Positions 1-11,559 of a stretch of DNA of 64,000 bases are shown piece after piece. A program made the position numbers and the translations under genes. The stretch is from Malacoraja senta. Its lineage: Eukaryota. Numbering within the stretch: the first letter of the stretch is position 1; each line of letters starts with the position of its first letter. Under the pieces are notes generated by a model. It saw only the letters and a list, made by a program, of their open reading frames with translations. It was not told the origin of the DNA and ran no database searches. Where the stretch lies: assembly GCA_038087875.1 (NCBI GenBank), contig CM075992.1, positions 9,736,001 to 9,800,000 of the forward strand, read 5' to 3'.

Positions 1-425
1 AACTGTTCTGCCCAGGACAAGAAGGCTCTGCAGAGAGTAGTGCGTTCAGCCAAACACACTATGGGAACTACACTCACCCCCCTGCAGGATCTATACACCA
101 GGGGGTGCAGATCCAGAGCCAGCAAGATAAGGAAGGACCCCTACCACCCCAGCAACGGACTGTTCCAGCTGCTACGGTCAGGCAATCGCCTCCGCTGTCA
201 CGCTGTGAAAACAGAGAGGGTGAGACAGAGTTTCTTCCCACAGGCCGTCAGGACTGTAAACTCTAATCTCACCAGGGACTAATTTACTGTTGTGTCTTTT
301 TTTTAAATGTAAATACTCATTCTGTTCTGTTCTGTTGTTTCGCACAATCCCGCAGGCATTGCCACTTTCATTTTTCTGTATATCTTGTATGTGTATGTGA
401 CAAATACAGTTGACTAGATGTGACT
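1..425 (+). mobile_element. Rex1/Babar-clade LINE 3' end
   Basis: ORF 40..282 (LYTRGCRSRASKIRKDPYHPSNGLFQLLRSG...SFFPQAVRTVN) resembles the C-terminus of the 38324 Rex1-type ORF; 3' tail contains TGTGACAAATA. Confidence 0.75.
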
Positions 426-744
426 TTTGTGTGTCCATGTGGGTGCGCATGTGTGTGTGTATTTAAATGTGGGTATGTTGCAGTACACAGACAATACTTG
501 AATTTGAGCAAAAACCAGAAGTGCTGGAGGAACTGAGCGGGCCAGGCAGCATCTATGGTGGGATTAGACAGCTGGGACAATACTTGCATTCACATGGGCT
601 GAAAGGTCACGTTCCGAGCCATTTTTGACGTGTTTGCTGAAGCAGACGAGGGGAAGATTAGCTACAATCCACGGCTGCAAGGCCAAGGCCAAGGCCCTGC
701 ATAGCCGGCCTCTGTCCCAGCACACAGGCCTGCCAACAAAAGGA

Positions 745-1010
745 GTGCTGTCTGTACGGAGTTTGTACATTCTCCCTGTGACCACGTGGGTTTTCTCCGA
801 GATCTTTGGTTTTCTCCCCACTCCAAAGACGTACCGGTTTGAAGGTTAATTGCTTGGTGTAAAGTGTAAAATTGTCCCTATTGTGTGTAGGATAGTGTTA
901 ATGTGCGGGGCTCGCTGTTCGGCGCGGACTCGGTGGGCCGAAGGGCCTGTTTCTGCGCTGAATCTCTAAACTAAGGCTAAGCTAAACTAAACTAAACTAA
1001 ACTAAACTAA
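745..1010 (+). mobile_element. HE1/V-SINE-like SINE, 5'-truncated
   Basis: Core GTGCTGTCTGTACGGAGTTTGTACATTCTCCC, CR1-like tail GGGCCGAAGGGCCTGTTTC and (CTAAA)n. Confidence 0.8.
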
Positions 1011-1252
1011 TTTAAACGGTGTGTGACCAAACCCTGGATACTGGCGATTACTCCCCAGATCATGTCAGCCACTGAGCAATGAAGGCTGGCATTGGTGCTG
1101 AAATACAAGTACCCCCTCTCTGGCCATCACGGCCTATGGTCAGTTGAGCAAAATATCTCAGAACTGGCAAAAAACGTCATGATCTTCCAGCGGCAGTAAT
1201 CCTGTCCTCTGAGATGCGTCTGGATTACCAGAAGAACAAGGCAGTGAACAAG

Positions 1253-1280
1253 CTGAAGAAGGGTCTCGACCCGAAACGTC
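1253..1280 (+). ncRNA. Minimal type-I hammerhead ribozyme core motif (PLE-type); copies at 1716, 17694, 18054, 53111 and others
   Basis: CUGAAGA, stem II GGGUC/GACCC, GAAAC, then GUC. Stem I pairing is weak. Confidence 0.6.
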
Positions 1281-1786
1281 ACCCATTCCTTCTCTCCAGA
1301 GATGCTGCCTGTCCCGCTGAGTTTACTCCAGCGTTTTGTGTCTATCTTCGGTTTAAACCAGCATCTGCAGTTCCTTCCTACACAATACCATTAAAGCACC
1401 CCCACAAAAACCTTAAAAACGTGCTGGAAGGAGTTGAACCAACATCAGAGGAAACAGCATCTCATATTTCATTTGGGCAGCTTACAGCCCAGTGGTATGA
1501 ATATTGATTTCTCTCACTTCATGTAGCCCCGGCATTCCCTCAATCTCTATCCCCCCCCCACCCAAGTCACACCAGCTTCTCATTTTCACACTACAAACGG
1601 CTTACAACGGCCTGTTTCCTTTATCTTCGTTACTCTTTTGCATATCTTTCATTCTTTGTTCTTTATCTCTCCTCATCACCGTCTATATCTCTCGTTTCCC
1701 TTATCCCTAACCATTCTGAAGAAGGGTCTCGACCCGAAACGTCACCCATTCCTTTTCTCCAATGATGCTGCCTGTCCCGTTGAGTT
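1253..1786 (+). mobile_element. Penelope-like element remnant with two direct pseudo-LTR copies
   Basis: CTGAAGAAGGGTCTCGACCCGAAACGTCACCCATTCC occurs at 1253 and 1716. The degenerate GIY-YIG C-terminal segment at ~1450-1520 matches 5850-6000. Confidence 0.7.
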
Positions 1787-2345
1787 AGACATAGAAAATA
1801 GGTGCAGGAGGAGGCCATTCGGCCCTTCGAGCCAGCACCGCCATTCATTGTGATCATGGCTGATCGTCCCCTATCAATAACCCGTGCCTGCCATCTCCCC
1901 ATATCCCTTGATTCCACTAGCCCCTAGAGCTCTCTTAAATCCATCCAGTGACTTGGCCTCCACTGCCCTCTGTGGCAGGGAATTCCATAAATTCACAACT
2001 CTCTGGGTGAAAACGTTTTTTCTCACCTCAGTCTTAAATGACCTCCCCTTTATTCTAAGACTGTGGCTCCTGGTTCTGGACTCGCCCAACATTGGGAACA
2101 TTTTTCCTGCATCTAGCTTGTCCAGTCCTTTTATAATTTTATATGTTTCTATAAGATCCCCCCTCATCCTTCTAAACTCCAGTGAATACTAGCCTAGTCT
2201 TTTCAATCTTTCCTCATATGACAGTCCCGCCATCCTAGGGATCAATCTCGTGAACCTACGCTGCACTGCCTCAATCACAAGGATGTCCTTCCTCAAATTA
2301 GGAGACCAAAACTGTACACAATACTCCAGATGTGGTCTCACTCAG
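1787..2345 (-). mobile_element. CR1 LINE 3' fragment (young subfamily) inserted in a PLE repeat
   Basis: ORF 1874..2167 (RGDLIETYKIIKGLD...TQRVVNLWNSLP) is near-identical to the 29579 copy; GAGTTA is present on both flanks. Confidence 0.85.
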
Positions 2346-2419
2346 ATGTGGTAACAAAAGAGTTACTCCAGCTGTTTGTGTCTAACATCAGTATCCTCAC
2401 TGAGGACCACACCGGGTTA

Positions 2420-3230
2420 TGAACTTAGTTACATGCAGAGTTATCGAGTCATATGGCAAGGAAATGGGTCCAGCTCATCCATGCCGATCAAGATGCCCCA
2501 TCCAAGCTACTCCCAAATACCCATGTTTGGCCCACATCCTTCTAAACCTTTCCGATCCATGTATCTGTCCAAATGTCTTCTAAGTGTTGTTACAGTATCT
2601 GCATCAACTACCTCCTCTGGCAGCTCATAAGTTCTAGGTGCAGAATTCGGTCATTTGGCCCATGAAGTCTACTCCGCTATTTAATCATGGCTGGTGTGTC
2701 TCTCCCTCTCAAACCCATTCTGCTGTCTTCTCCTCATAACCCCCGACAACCTTACTAATCAAAATTATGTCAATCTGCATCTTAAAAATATCCATTGACT
2801 TGGTCTTCACAGCTATCTCTGGCAATGAAGTCCACAGATTCACCATCCTTTGACTAAATAAATTCCTCCTCATCTCCTTTCTGAAGGTATGTCCTGTTAT
2901 TCTGTGCCCACTGGTCCTAGACTCTCTCACTAGTGGATACATCCTCTCCACATCCACCTCTACCCCAGCCTTTCACTATTCAGTACGTTTCAATGAGGTT
3001 CCTCATCCTTCTAAACTCCAGCAAAGTACATGCCCAGTGCCTTCAAACGCTCATCATATGTTAAGCCAATCATTCCTGGAATCATTCTTGTAAATATACT
3101 AAATATAGCTCATTCCATCTTCACACGACCCTCTGTGTGATAACATTATTAAATCTTCACCTTCTCACCTTAAATATGTCCTCTAAGTCTTGATTTCCGT
3201 ACTCTGGTAAAAGACCTTATGTATTTCCCT
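2420..3230 (-). mobile_element. Older CR1 LINE 3' fragments (nested)
   Basis: ORF 2709..2957 (ESRTSGH...FSQRMVNLWTSLP) with a CR1 3'UTR. Confidence 0.7.
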
Positions 3231-3613
3231 CGTGGTTTTGTAAGATCTGTGGGCCACATTGATGAATCACTTTGTTTGCATGCCCGACTCCAGATTCCTG
3301 AAGCAGGCATTCTCTTCCATAACAGAAAGACACCACCAGTGGGCAGAGGAAAAGATAGAAGACGTTGATTAACATGGAGAAGGAGCATTTGGGATGGTCC
3401 CACTGAATTACTCCAGCTCAATCTCCAGGGAAAGCTCACAAAATCAGAGTGCTAAAGTTGATCATATCCGCCCCTGCTATTCAAACATTTCCACCATAAC
3501 ATCACCGTACACTGCCCCTTCCTCACTGTATATCCCGCTGAAACCAACCCCAGGCCTTGTTGCCTCTGGAGAACTATTCCAACTCCTCTTGCTTGGCTTC
3601 CCTTAGTCACACG

Positions 3614-3890
3614 TTTAGTTTAGTTTAGTTTAGTTTAGAAATACAACACGGAAACAGGCCCTTCGGCTCACCGGGTCCGCGCCGACCAGCGATCCCCACA
3701 CACTAACACTATCCTACACACACTAGGGACAATTTACACTTACACCAAGCCAATGAAACTACAAACCTATACGTCTTTGGAGTGTGGAAGGAAACCGAAG
3801 TTATCGGGGAAAACCCCACGCAGGTCACGGGGAGAACGTACAAACTCCTTACATACAGCACCCGTAGTCGGGATCGAACGAGACTCTGGC
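3614..3890 (-). mobile_element. HE1-like SINE
   Basis: (TTTAG)n tail and reverse complement of the SINE core. Confidence 0.8.
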
Positions 3891-3954
3891 GTCAAACGTG
3901 TTCCAAGTCATACGTGTCCCAACTCATACGCGTCGCACCTCACGCGCGTGTTCC

Positions 3955-5342
3955 ATAGAAACATAGAAAATAGGTGCAGGAGTAGGCCATTCGACCCTTC
4001 GAGCCAGCACCGCCATTCAATATGATCATGGCTGATCATCCAGAATCAGTAACCCGTTCCGGCTTTATCCCCATATCTCTTGATTCCCTTAGCCCTAAGA
4101 GCTAAATCTAAAACATCCAGCGAATTGGCCTCCACGGCCTTCTGTGGCAGAGAATTCCACAGATTCACAACTCTCTGGCTGAAAACGTTTTCCTCATCTC
4201 AGTCCTAAATGGCCTGCCCCTTATTCTTAAACTGTGACCCCTGGTTCTGGACTCCCCCAACATCACTGAAAATTTTCCACAGCTACCCTGTCCAATCCTC
4301 TAAGAACATTATATGTTTCAGTAAGATCCCCTGAATTCCAGCGAATACAAGCCCAGTCGACCCATTCTTTCATCATATGCCAGTCCCGCCATCTTGGGAA
4401 TTAACCTGGTGTACCTACGCTACACTCCCTCAATAGCAATAATGTCCTTCCTCAAATTAGGAAACCAAAACTGCACACAATACTCCAGATGCGGTCTCAC
4501 CAGGGCCCTGTACAACTTCAGTCGGACCTCCTTGCTCCTCAACGCAAATCAACTCACCCAAATCCTCTCGCAATGGAGGCCAACGTGCCATTTGCTTTCT
4601 TCACTGCCTGCTGTACCTGCATGCTTACTTTCAGTGACTGATGTACAAGGACACCCAGGTCTCGTTGCACCTCCCCTTCTCCTTATCTGACATCATTCAG
4701 ACAATAATCTGCCTTCCTGTTCTTGCCACCATGGTGGATAATCACATGTATCCACATTATACTGCATCTGCCATGCTTCTGCCCACTCACCCATCCTCTC
4801 CAAGTCACCCTGCAGTCTCATAGCATCCTCCTCGCAGCTCACACTACCACCCAGCGTTGTGTCATCTGCAAACTTAGAGGTTTTACATGAAATCTCCTCG
4901 TCTAAATCGTTAATATATCTTGTAAACAACTGTGGTCCCAGCACCGAGCCTTGTGGCACCCCACTAATCACTGCCTGCCATTCTGAAAAGGATCTGTTAA
5001 TTCCTACTCTTTGCTTCCTGTCTGCCAACCAGTTCTCTATCCATGTCAATACCCTGTCCCCAATACCACGTGCTCTAATTTTGCACACTGATCTCTTGTG
5101 TGGGACCTTGTCAAAGGCTTTGTGAAAGTCCAGATACACCGCATCCACTGGCTCTCCCTTATCCATTCTACTTGTTACATCCTCAAAAAATTCCAGAAGA
5201 TTAGTCAAGCATGATGTCCCCTTCATAAATCCGTGCTGACTTTGACTGATCACTGCTTTCCAAATGCGCTGCTATAACATCTTTAATAATCGACTCCAGC
5301 ATCTTCCCCACTACCGATGTAAGGCTAACTGGTCTACAATTG
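3955..5342 (-). mobile_element. CR1 LINE ORF2 fragment (RT domain to 3' end), degenerate
   Basis: RPVSLTSVVGKMLE, QHGFMKG.SCLTNLL, YLDFHKAFDKVPH, SGVPQGSVLGP, KFADD. Confidence 0.9.
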
Positions 5343-5849
5343 TGTTTCATTTCTGATTTTAATTTTGGGTAGCACAGTGGTGCAGCTGGTAGTGCCCAGA
5401 GACCCGGGTTCGATCCTGACCTTGGGTGCTGTCTGTGTGGAGTTTGCACGTTCACCCTGTGAATATACAGTCCTATGACTATGACGTACTTTGTGGCAAT
5501 ACGATGTCAGATTATGGTAAGAAGGAACTGCAGATCCTGGTTTATACTGAAGATAGCATCTCTGGAGAAACGGAAATGGTGACATTTTTGGCTGAAAAGG
5601 GCCTTTTCTCCAGAGGCTGCCTGACCCACTGAGTTACTGCAGCTTTTTGTGTCTTATCTTCAGATTATGGTGGACTTTCCCCTCGGAGTGAGTGAGGAAG
5701 ACTGCCAGCCCTCTGACAGGAGGGAGCCCTCTCTGAAGGGGAGGCAAAGCACAAAGCTTGTCCTGGGAGCTGACTAAGTAATGGACCACCCCGACTGTCC
5801 ATCACATGTCCAGGGAAAGTTCGGATGGTCCCAGCCTCTGCTGCAGCTT

Positions 5850-6345
5850 ACCTGATCTCCCAGTTGCTAAACACATTGACTTCCCCTCCCATTCCCACAC
5901 TGACCTTTCTGTCCTGGGCCTCCTCCACTGTCAGAGTGAGGCCCAGCGCAAATTAGAGGAACAGCACCTCATATTTTGCTTTGGCAGCTTACAACCCAGT
6001 TCTCTCCATCCCTTCCCGTTTGCAGTTCTCCGACCAGTCTGACTGTCCTCCTAATTAAACTTTATCTCTGTATGCTTTGTTGTTAACTTCTCCGAGCTAA
6101 CAATGATCTATTCTAAAGATGGACACAAAATGCTGGAGTAACTCAACGGACCAGGCAACATCTCTGGAGAAAAGGAATTCCTGCTATAGTTACTTCAGCT
6201 TTTTGTGTCTATCTTCGGTCGGTTTAAACCAGCATCTGCAGTTTCATCCTACACAAATATCTATTCTACATTCTTCCTTGATTCGCATCCCCTTTGAAGT
6301 CTCTGTTTCACACTTTACACTTCCTTATCTCTGTTTCTTCCTCTC
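5850..6345 (+). mobile_element. Penelope-like element 3' part (GIY-YIG endonuclease C-terminus and 3' region); continues at ~11970-12090
   Basis: PDLPVAKH...SHSHTDLSVLGLLHCQSEAQRKLEEQHLIF..GSLQP; a similar copy lies at 32010-32380. Confidence 0.75.
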
Positions 6346-6369
6346 ATAGTCACAGAGTCATAATTCGGT

Positions 6370-7021
6370 TCCTGTGGGCGCTGCTAGTCGGCTGCCTCTC
6401 CTGCAGCGGGTTCATTGTTTCGACTTTTTTTGTTTTGTTAGTATGTCCAAAAGTATGTTTTAGTGTTTCTCTGTATGTCTTGTTGGGGGGTGGTGGGGGG
6501 GGGGGGGGCAATAGGGATAACCGTTTCCAGGCACCCACCTCGACTGAGATCCGACTTTCTTCCTTGTCGCGTCTTCACACCCCCCTTCCTCGTGGCCTTA
6601 CAGCTGGTTTGGTGCGCCTTTCCCGGAGTCGGGCCGAGAGCTTCAACAGCGGCGCAGCAGGGACTTTAACATCGTGGAGCGGGGCGACCCCTCACCGGGG
6701 GTCACCGGAGAAGCGCTCAGACGCTGGCCTGCGGCCTACAACATCTTGGAGCCTCGGTCTGTGGAGCTTCTGGCGGCGGGCGTGGAGTGGACCTTTCATC
6801 ATGGAGCGGGCGATCCCTTGCCGGGGGTCACCAGAGAAGAGCTCCGACCGCCGGCCTGCGGCCTACAACATCTGGAAGCCGCGGTCTCCGGTAAGGAGGT
6901 GGAGGAGGAGGACTGTGTGAACTGTATTGCCTTCCACCACAGTGAAGAATGCTGTGGTGGATGTCTGTGTTAAATTATATTGTGTATTGTGTCCTTGTTT
7001 AATTGTAACGCTGCATGGTAA
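6370..7021 (+). mobile_element. GC-rich non-autonomous retroposon, interrupted by DIRS copy 1; tail resumes at 11783-11842
   Basis: Similar to 20906-21749 and 50742-51610. GCTGCATGGTAA|ATT|ACATTTCACTGCACC rejoins across the DIRS and ends in GACAAATA plus (TTGAAC)n. Confidence 0.6.
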
Positions 7022-7228
7022 ATTTTACTTCGGAGTCACGTGAGTGATTCCGTGAAGAACCCCGTCAGTCGGCATGCGCGTCATTACGTCTGACGCATGG
7101 CGCAGAGACCAGCTCGGAGGACAGAGCTCCTCCAGCGGTAAGTTTAAAAACCTCAGGTAAGTGTTAAACTTAGTGTGAGGTCGGCTTCTGCACTTGTTAA
7201 TTCTTGATGCAGGAGGGCAAGTCCAAGC

Positions 7229-8390
7229 ATGGAGAAGTCGTTGCGAGCAAGGCGAGTCATTTTGAAAATTACCAAGGACCACGGGAGTGCGGGTAGCGGA
7301 CGGCCGCCTAGCTCATCTATGGAGTCGCCAGTTGTTAAACCAGCGACTGCAGGCTTGGGGTCTGAGGACGCAGGGCTACGCCGGTAGGGCGTAAGGCCAC
7401 CAGCAAGTCTGCACGGCCGATAAATTCGGACGAGTCTGGTCGGGAGGGTTCTCCTCCAGGAAGAGATACAGTGTATGGGCAGTTATCCACGGTGGAGCAC
7501 CTGTTGGGGAGGATGCTCGCATCAAGAGCGCAGGTCTCTCCAAGAGCCAGTGCCAGCAGCGCCTATTACAGGGCTGCCTAATGTCTCCCTCGAGGAGGAG
7601 GTTAGCGTACCAGGTCAGGGCGAATCTGACGCCGACTCTGAGGGGTTAGTATTGGAGGCTGCCCCGAGGGACGAAAGTCATAGAGCTGGAGGTCCCATTC
7701 CTGGCAGCGAAATTTGCCGTCCCGACAGACTCGGGAGAGCCGCTGGGTGAGGATTTGGCTGCCACGATAAATTATCTAGCCTCACACCAGCTCCAGGAGC
7801 TCACTATGGATGCCACAGCCCGCAAATACGATACTCCGGCCAATTGTGTTCTGTTGAAGGTGCCGGCAGTAAATCATTCCATCTGGGGCCAAATGGGAGT
7901 AGGCATCAGGGCACAGGAGATGAAGTTGCAGAGGGTGTTGAAGCTACCGGCTTCCGGTATTACGGTGTTTGGGAGGTCGGTGGATGGGGGGCACCTGTCT
8001 GAGATACAGCAGGATGCCCTGGCTCTCATGTGCAATGTGCACTTTGAAATAAACTGCCGTAGAAAGAGCGCCATCCGCCTCACGATTAATCCGAAAATCG
8101 CTGCCTCTGCAAGCCCATCAATGTCCAGCCACCAAATCTTTTATTTGGAGAAGACCTCGCGAAGCGGGTGAAGGAATTGGACGACGAGGCAAAGACCGTG
8201 GGGCTCATTAAGGTGCCACTGACCGGCAAAACACTGCGGAGGCAGCACCCCTACAAGCGGTTTGCCGAAACCGGGGCCGGGCAAGGACCAAGTCGGTCTT
8301 TCAATGTGCGCAACTGGCGCACTCCTCCAGGAGCACGAATAACTATGCCGTTTCCCACCAGAGCCAGGGGACAAAGACCACCGGTAACCA
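7229..8390 (+). pseudogene. DIRS gag-like region (frameshifted)
   Basis: KYDTPANCVLLKVPAVNHSIW...QQDALALMCNVHFEINCRRK and KELDDEAK; homologous text occurs in copies 2 and 3. Confidence 0.75.
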
Positions 8391-9875
8391 TGGAGGTAGG
8401 TGGGTCTGGTGCTTGTAGAAACATGTTCAGGGAGAGTCACCTACCAGTTGGGGGAAGGTTACACTGGTTTCTGAAAGAATTGTATTGGATAACATCCGAA
8501 TTGTTCATACTGCAAGCAATACAAGGGTTTAACATTTAATTCATTGCAAATTTGTGTCCACCTACACAACATTCACCCAGAAGGGCACTTGTGTTCTCAC
8601 AAAAAGAGAATTTGTAGGTTCAGGCTTAAATTGAGAAATTGTATCTCAAAGGTGTAATTGAAAAGACAGTTTGGCAACCTCATCAATTCGTATCTAACAT
8701 ATTTCCTAAACCAAAGAAAGATGGTGGTAGTTGGATCATTTTGGACCTGACGGACGTTAATCCGTTTATGCAGTATAGGCATTTCAAGATGGAAACTTTT
8801 GCCACTGCCAAGCAATTGGTTTCCAAAGGGTGTTATATGGCATGTATAGATCTTAAGGATGCATATTACTCAGTGCCTGTTCGTAAAGACCATCGGAGGT
8901 ATTTCAAATTTAGTTGGATGAGGCAGTTGTGGCAATTTAAAGCACTGCCTAATGGGTTAACCTCAGCCCTAGATTATTTACAAAACTGTTGAAACCAGCA
9001 TTGGGGCTACTCCGGGTTCAGGGTCATATTGTAATGGCTTACTTAGATGATATCTTTTGGGAAAACTCGGGAAGCAGCTGGGGTATCTGTTGCAGCTGTT
9101 AAACTCATGTTTGAGAGTCTGGGTTTCTAATTCATCCAACTAAATCAAAATTGATACCGGTTAAAGTTATTGATTATCTGGGCTTCACAGTTAATTCAAC
9201 TCACATGTCTGTAACTCTACGCAAGGGCAAGAGTTTAGATTTAATTGAAGGCTGTATCAAGCTCATAGCAGAGCAATCACCTTCAATTAGGCATGTGGCC
9301 AGCTTGATTGGCAAATTGGTAGCAGCCTTTCCAGCTGCACAGTATGGAACCTTTGCATTACCAACACTTACAGAGATCAAAGGTACAGACACTAAGGAAT
9401 CATGCAGGCCATTACAGCAGACACATGCATTTACCAACGGAAGCAATTGCTGAAATTCAATGGTGGATTAGGAACATTTCGAATGGTCCCAGCAAAATCA
9501 GTTGTTATACAGACTGACGTTAGTGCCCTAGGTTGGGGGGCTACTGATACCATCTCTAGCAGTGGGGGCAGATGGAATGTGCATGAGGCATTTATTCTTC
9601 AATCACATGGAATTAATTATTTAGAGTTACTGGGAGCATTTTATGGGCTTAAGGCTTATTGTACCACCAAGCATCACTTACATGTTCAGATTCAAATTGA
9701 CAACACCACGGCAGTGGCGTATGTGAATTATATGGGTGGAATCAAGTCGCAATCTTGTGACAGATTGGCTAACATTATTTGGCATTGGTGCATTAAAAGA
9801 AACATTTGGGTTTCAGCTGTTTACTTGCCGGGCAGGTTCAACATGGTGGCAGACACCAGATCACGCAAATTCAAT
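8391..9875 (+). pseudogene. DIRS pol: reverse transcriptase plus RNase H (disrupted)
   Basis: VGGRL, FVSNIFPKPKKDGG, HFKMET, IDLKDAYYSV, LPNGL, AYLDD (~9037-9051); RNase H motifs TDVSALGWG, INYLELL, IDNTTAVAY. Confidence 0.92.
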
Positions 9876-9879
9876 GACA

Positions 9880-10260
9880 ACACAGAATGGATGTTGAATC
9901 ATGAAGTATTTAATAAGATTGTTGTTCGATATGGGATGCCAGATATCGATTTGTTTGCATCCAGACTCAATCACCAGGTGCCGAAGTATGTTTCATAGGA
10001 ACCAGACCCGGGGGCAGTAGCGGTAGATGCTTTCGCGCTACATTGGGGAGGACTGTTTATATATGCATTTCCCCCATTCTGCCTCATCAGTCGGTGCTTG
10101 ACTAAAATAAAGCAGGACTCCGCTTCTGGAGTTTTGGTGGTGCCCGACTGGCCTACACTGCCATGGTTTCCTCTCATTCGGACATTATATCTCAGCCAAT
10201 TATGGTGGTTCCAAAATGTCATAATCTATTGGTAAACCCTGTGACTGGAGATCAACACCC
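9880..10260 (+). pseudogene. DIRS DNA N6-adenine methyltransferase-like domain
   Basis: PDIDLFASRLNHQ...(stop)EPDPGAVAVDAFALHW...YAFPPFCLI...VVPDWPTLPWF. Confidence 0.85.
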
Positions 10261-10287
10261 ATTGTGTGATCGTATTCATTAGTTAAT

Positions 10288-11270
10288 TTGCAGGTTTTAA
10301 GGAGACCATACCTGGGTCTGGGATTATCCAATCGCATCGCGGATATCATCACCTCATCCTGGAGGGATAGTACAAAAAAGCAGTATCTCTCTTATATCAG
10401 GAAGTGGGAGGCGTTTTGCATAAAAGGGAATATTACTTACCACACAGTTTCCATCCCAGATGTGTTAGAGTTTCTCTCTAAATTGTATTTTGATGACGGT
10501 TTAAGTTATAGTGCCATCAATACTGCCAGGAGTGCTCTGTCATCGTATTTATGTTTGGGGTCAGAACTACAGTCTGTAGGATCTCATCCATTAATATCTC
10601 GATTTATGAAGGGTGTTTTTAATTCCAATCCCCCAGGCCTAGATATACAGAAATCTGGGATGTCAGTGTGGTACTCACGCTGCTTCGACAGTGGGGTCCA
10701 GCCACATCCTTGTCTTTGGTAAACATTACCTTGACGTTGGTTATGCTCATGGCGTTAGTGTCAGCGCAGAGGGTTCAGACTCTGCAAAAATTCAGACTGG
10801 ATAGAATGTTGTCATCTGGGAATGACGTGTTATTCTACATATATGATCTCATTAAACAGAGCAGACCAGGGGTGTCAGGAGTCAAGCTTCTACTGTCACC
10901 ATATCCCACGGACTTACGACTGTGTGTGGTGGCGCACTTACGGTCTTATATTGAGGTCACCAAGGGCCTCAGAGGATCGGAAGTACAATTGTTTGTTAGC
11001 CACAAAAAGCCACATGGGAAAGTGTCCGTCCAGACCATCTCAAGATGGCTGAAACAAGTATTGGGATTTGCAGAAGTTAATACTGACAATTTAAAATCTC
11101 ATTCCACCAGGGCGGCATCAACGTCAGCAGCGAGGCCAATGGACGTCCCTCTAGACCAAATCCTCGAGGCCGCAGGATGGTCAAATGAACTGACTTTTCA
11201 CAGGTTTTACAATAAACCACTTGCTGAAACCAGGGTGTTCGCCCATTCTATTTTAAGTTCTGTTTCCTAG
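10288..11270 (+). pseudogene. DIRS tyrosine recombinase (one frameshift near 10630)
   Basis: N-terminal GLSYSAINTARSALS; catalytic SAQRVQ (R), HSTR (HxxR), AAGW and FHRFY (Y). Confidence 0.92.
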
Positions 11271-11445
11271 CTTCCCCTGGGGCACAGGGGTCGCTATTGT
11301 ATTTTCTTTTGTTTGTGAATTAAAGCAACATGTTAATCTGTACCATGTTTCATTGTATTGCTCATTATTCACTCCTCCTGAGTCAACTGATGTAGTGTGA
11401 GAAGCCTGGATTCGTATCTACGGCATGAAATCACAGAGCTTTGAA

Positions 11446-11559
11446 TTCTTCACGGAATCACTCACGTGACTCCGAAGTAAAATAGTAAGATTAAACGAGT
11501 ACTTACCAGTTTGAAGTTTGATCTTTATTTTATGAGGGATTACGATGAGCGATTACGTG
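11446..11559 (+). repeat. DIRS copy 1 internal complementary region (ICR)
   Basis: 11446-11482 is the reverse complement of 7023-7059; 11483-11559 is the near-exact reverse complement of 11704-11780. Confidence 0.95.

Noticed and set aside
10288..11270. Prophage or bacterial integrase plus methyltransferase (contamination or HGT)
   Set aside because: Both lie inside a canonical DIRS structure with RT/RH, ITRs and ICR, embedded in vertebrate repeats.
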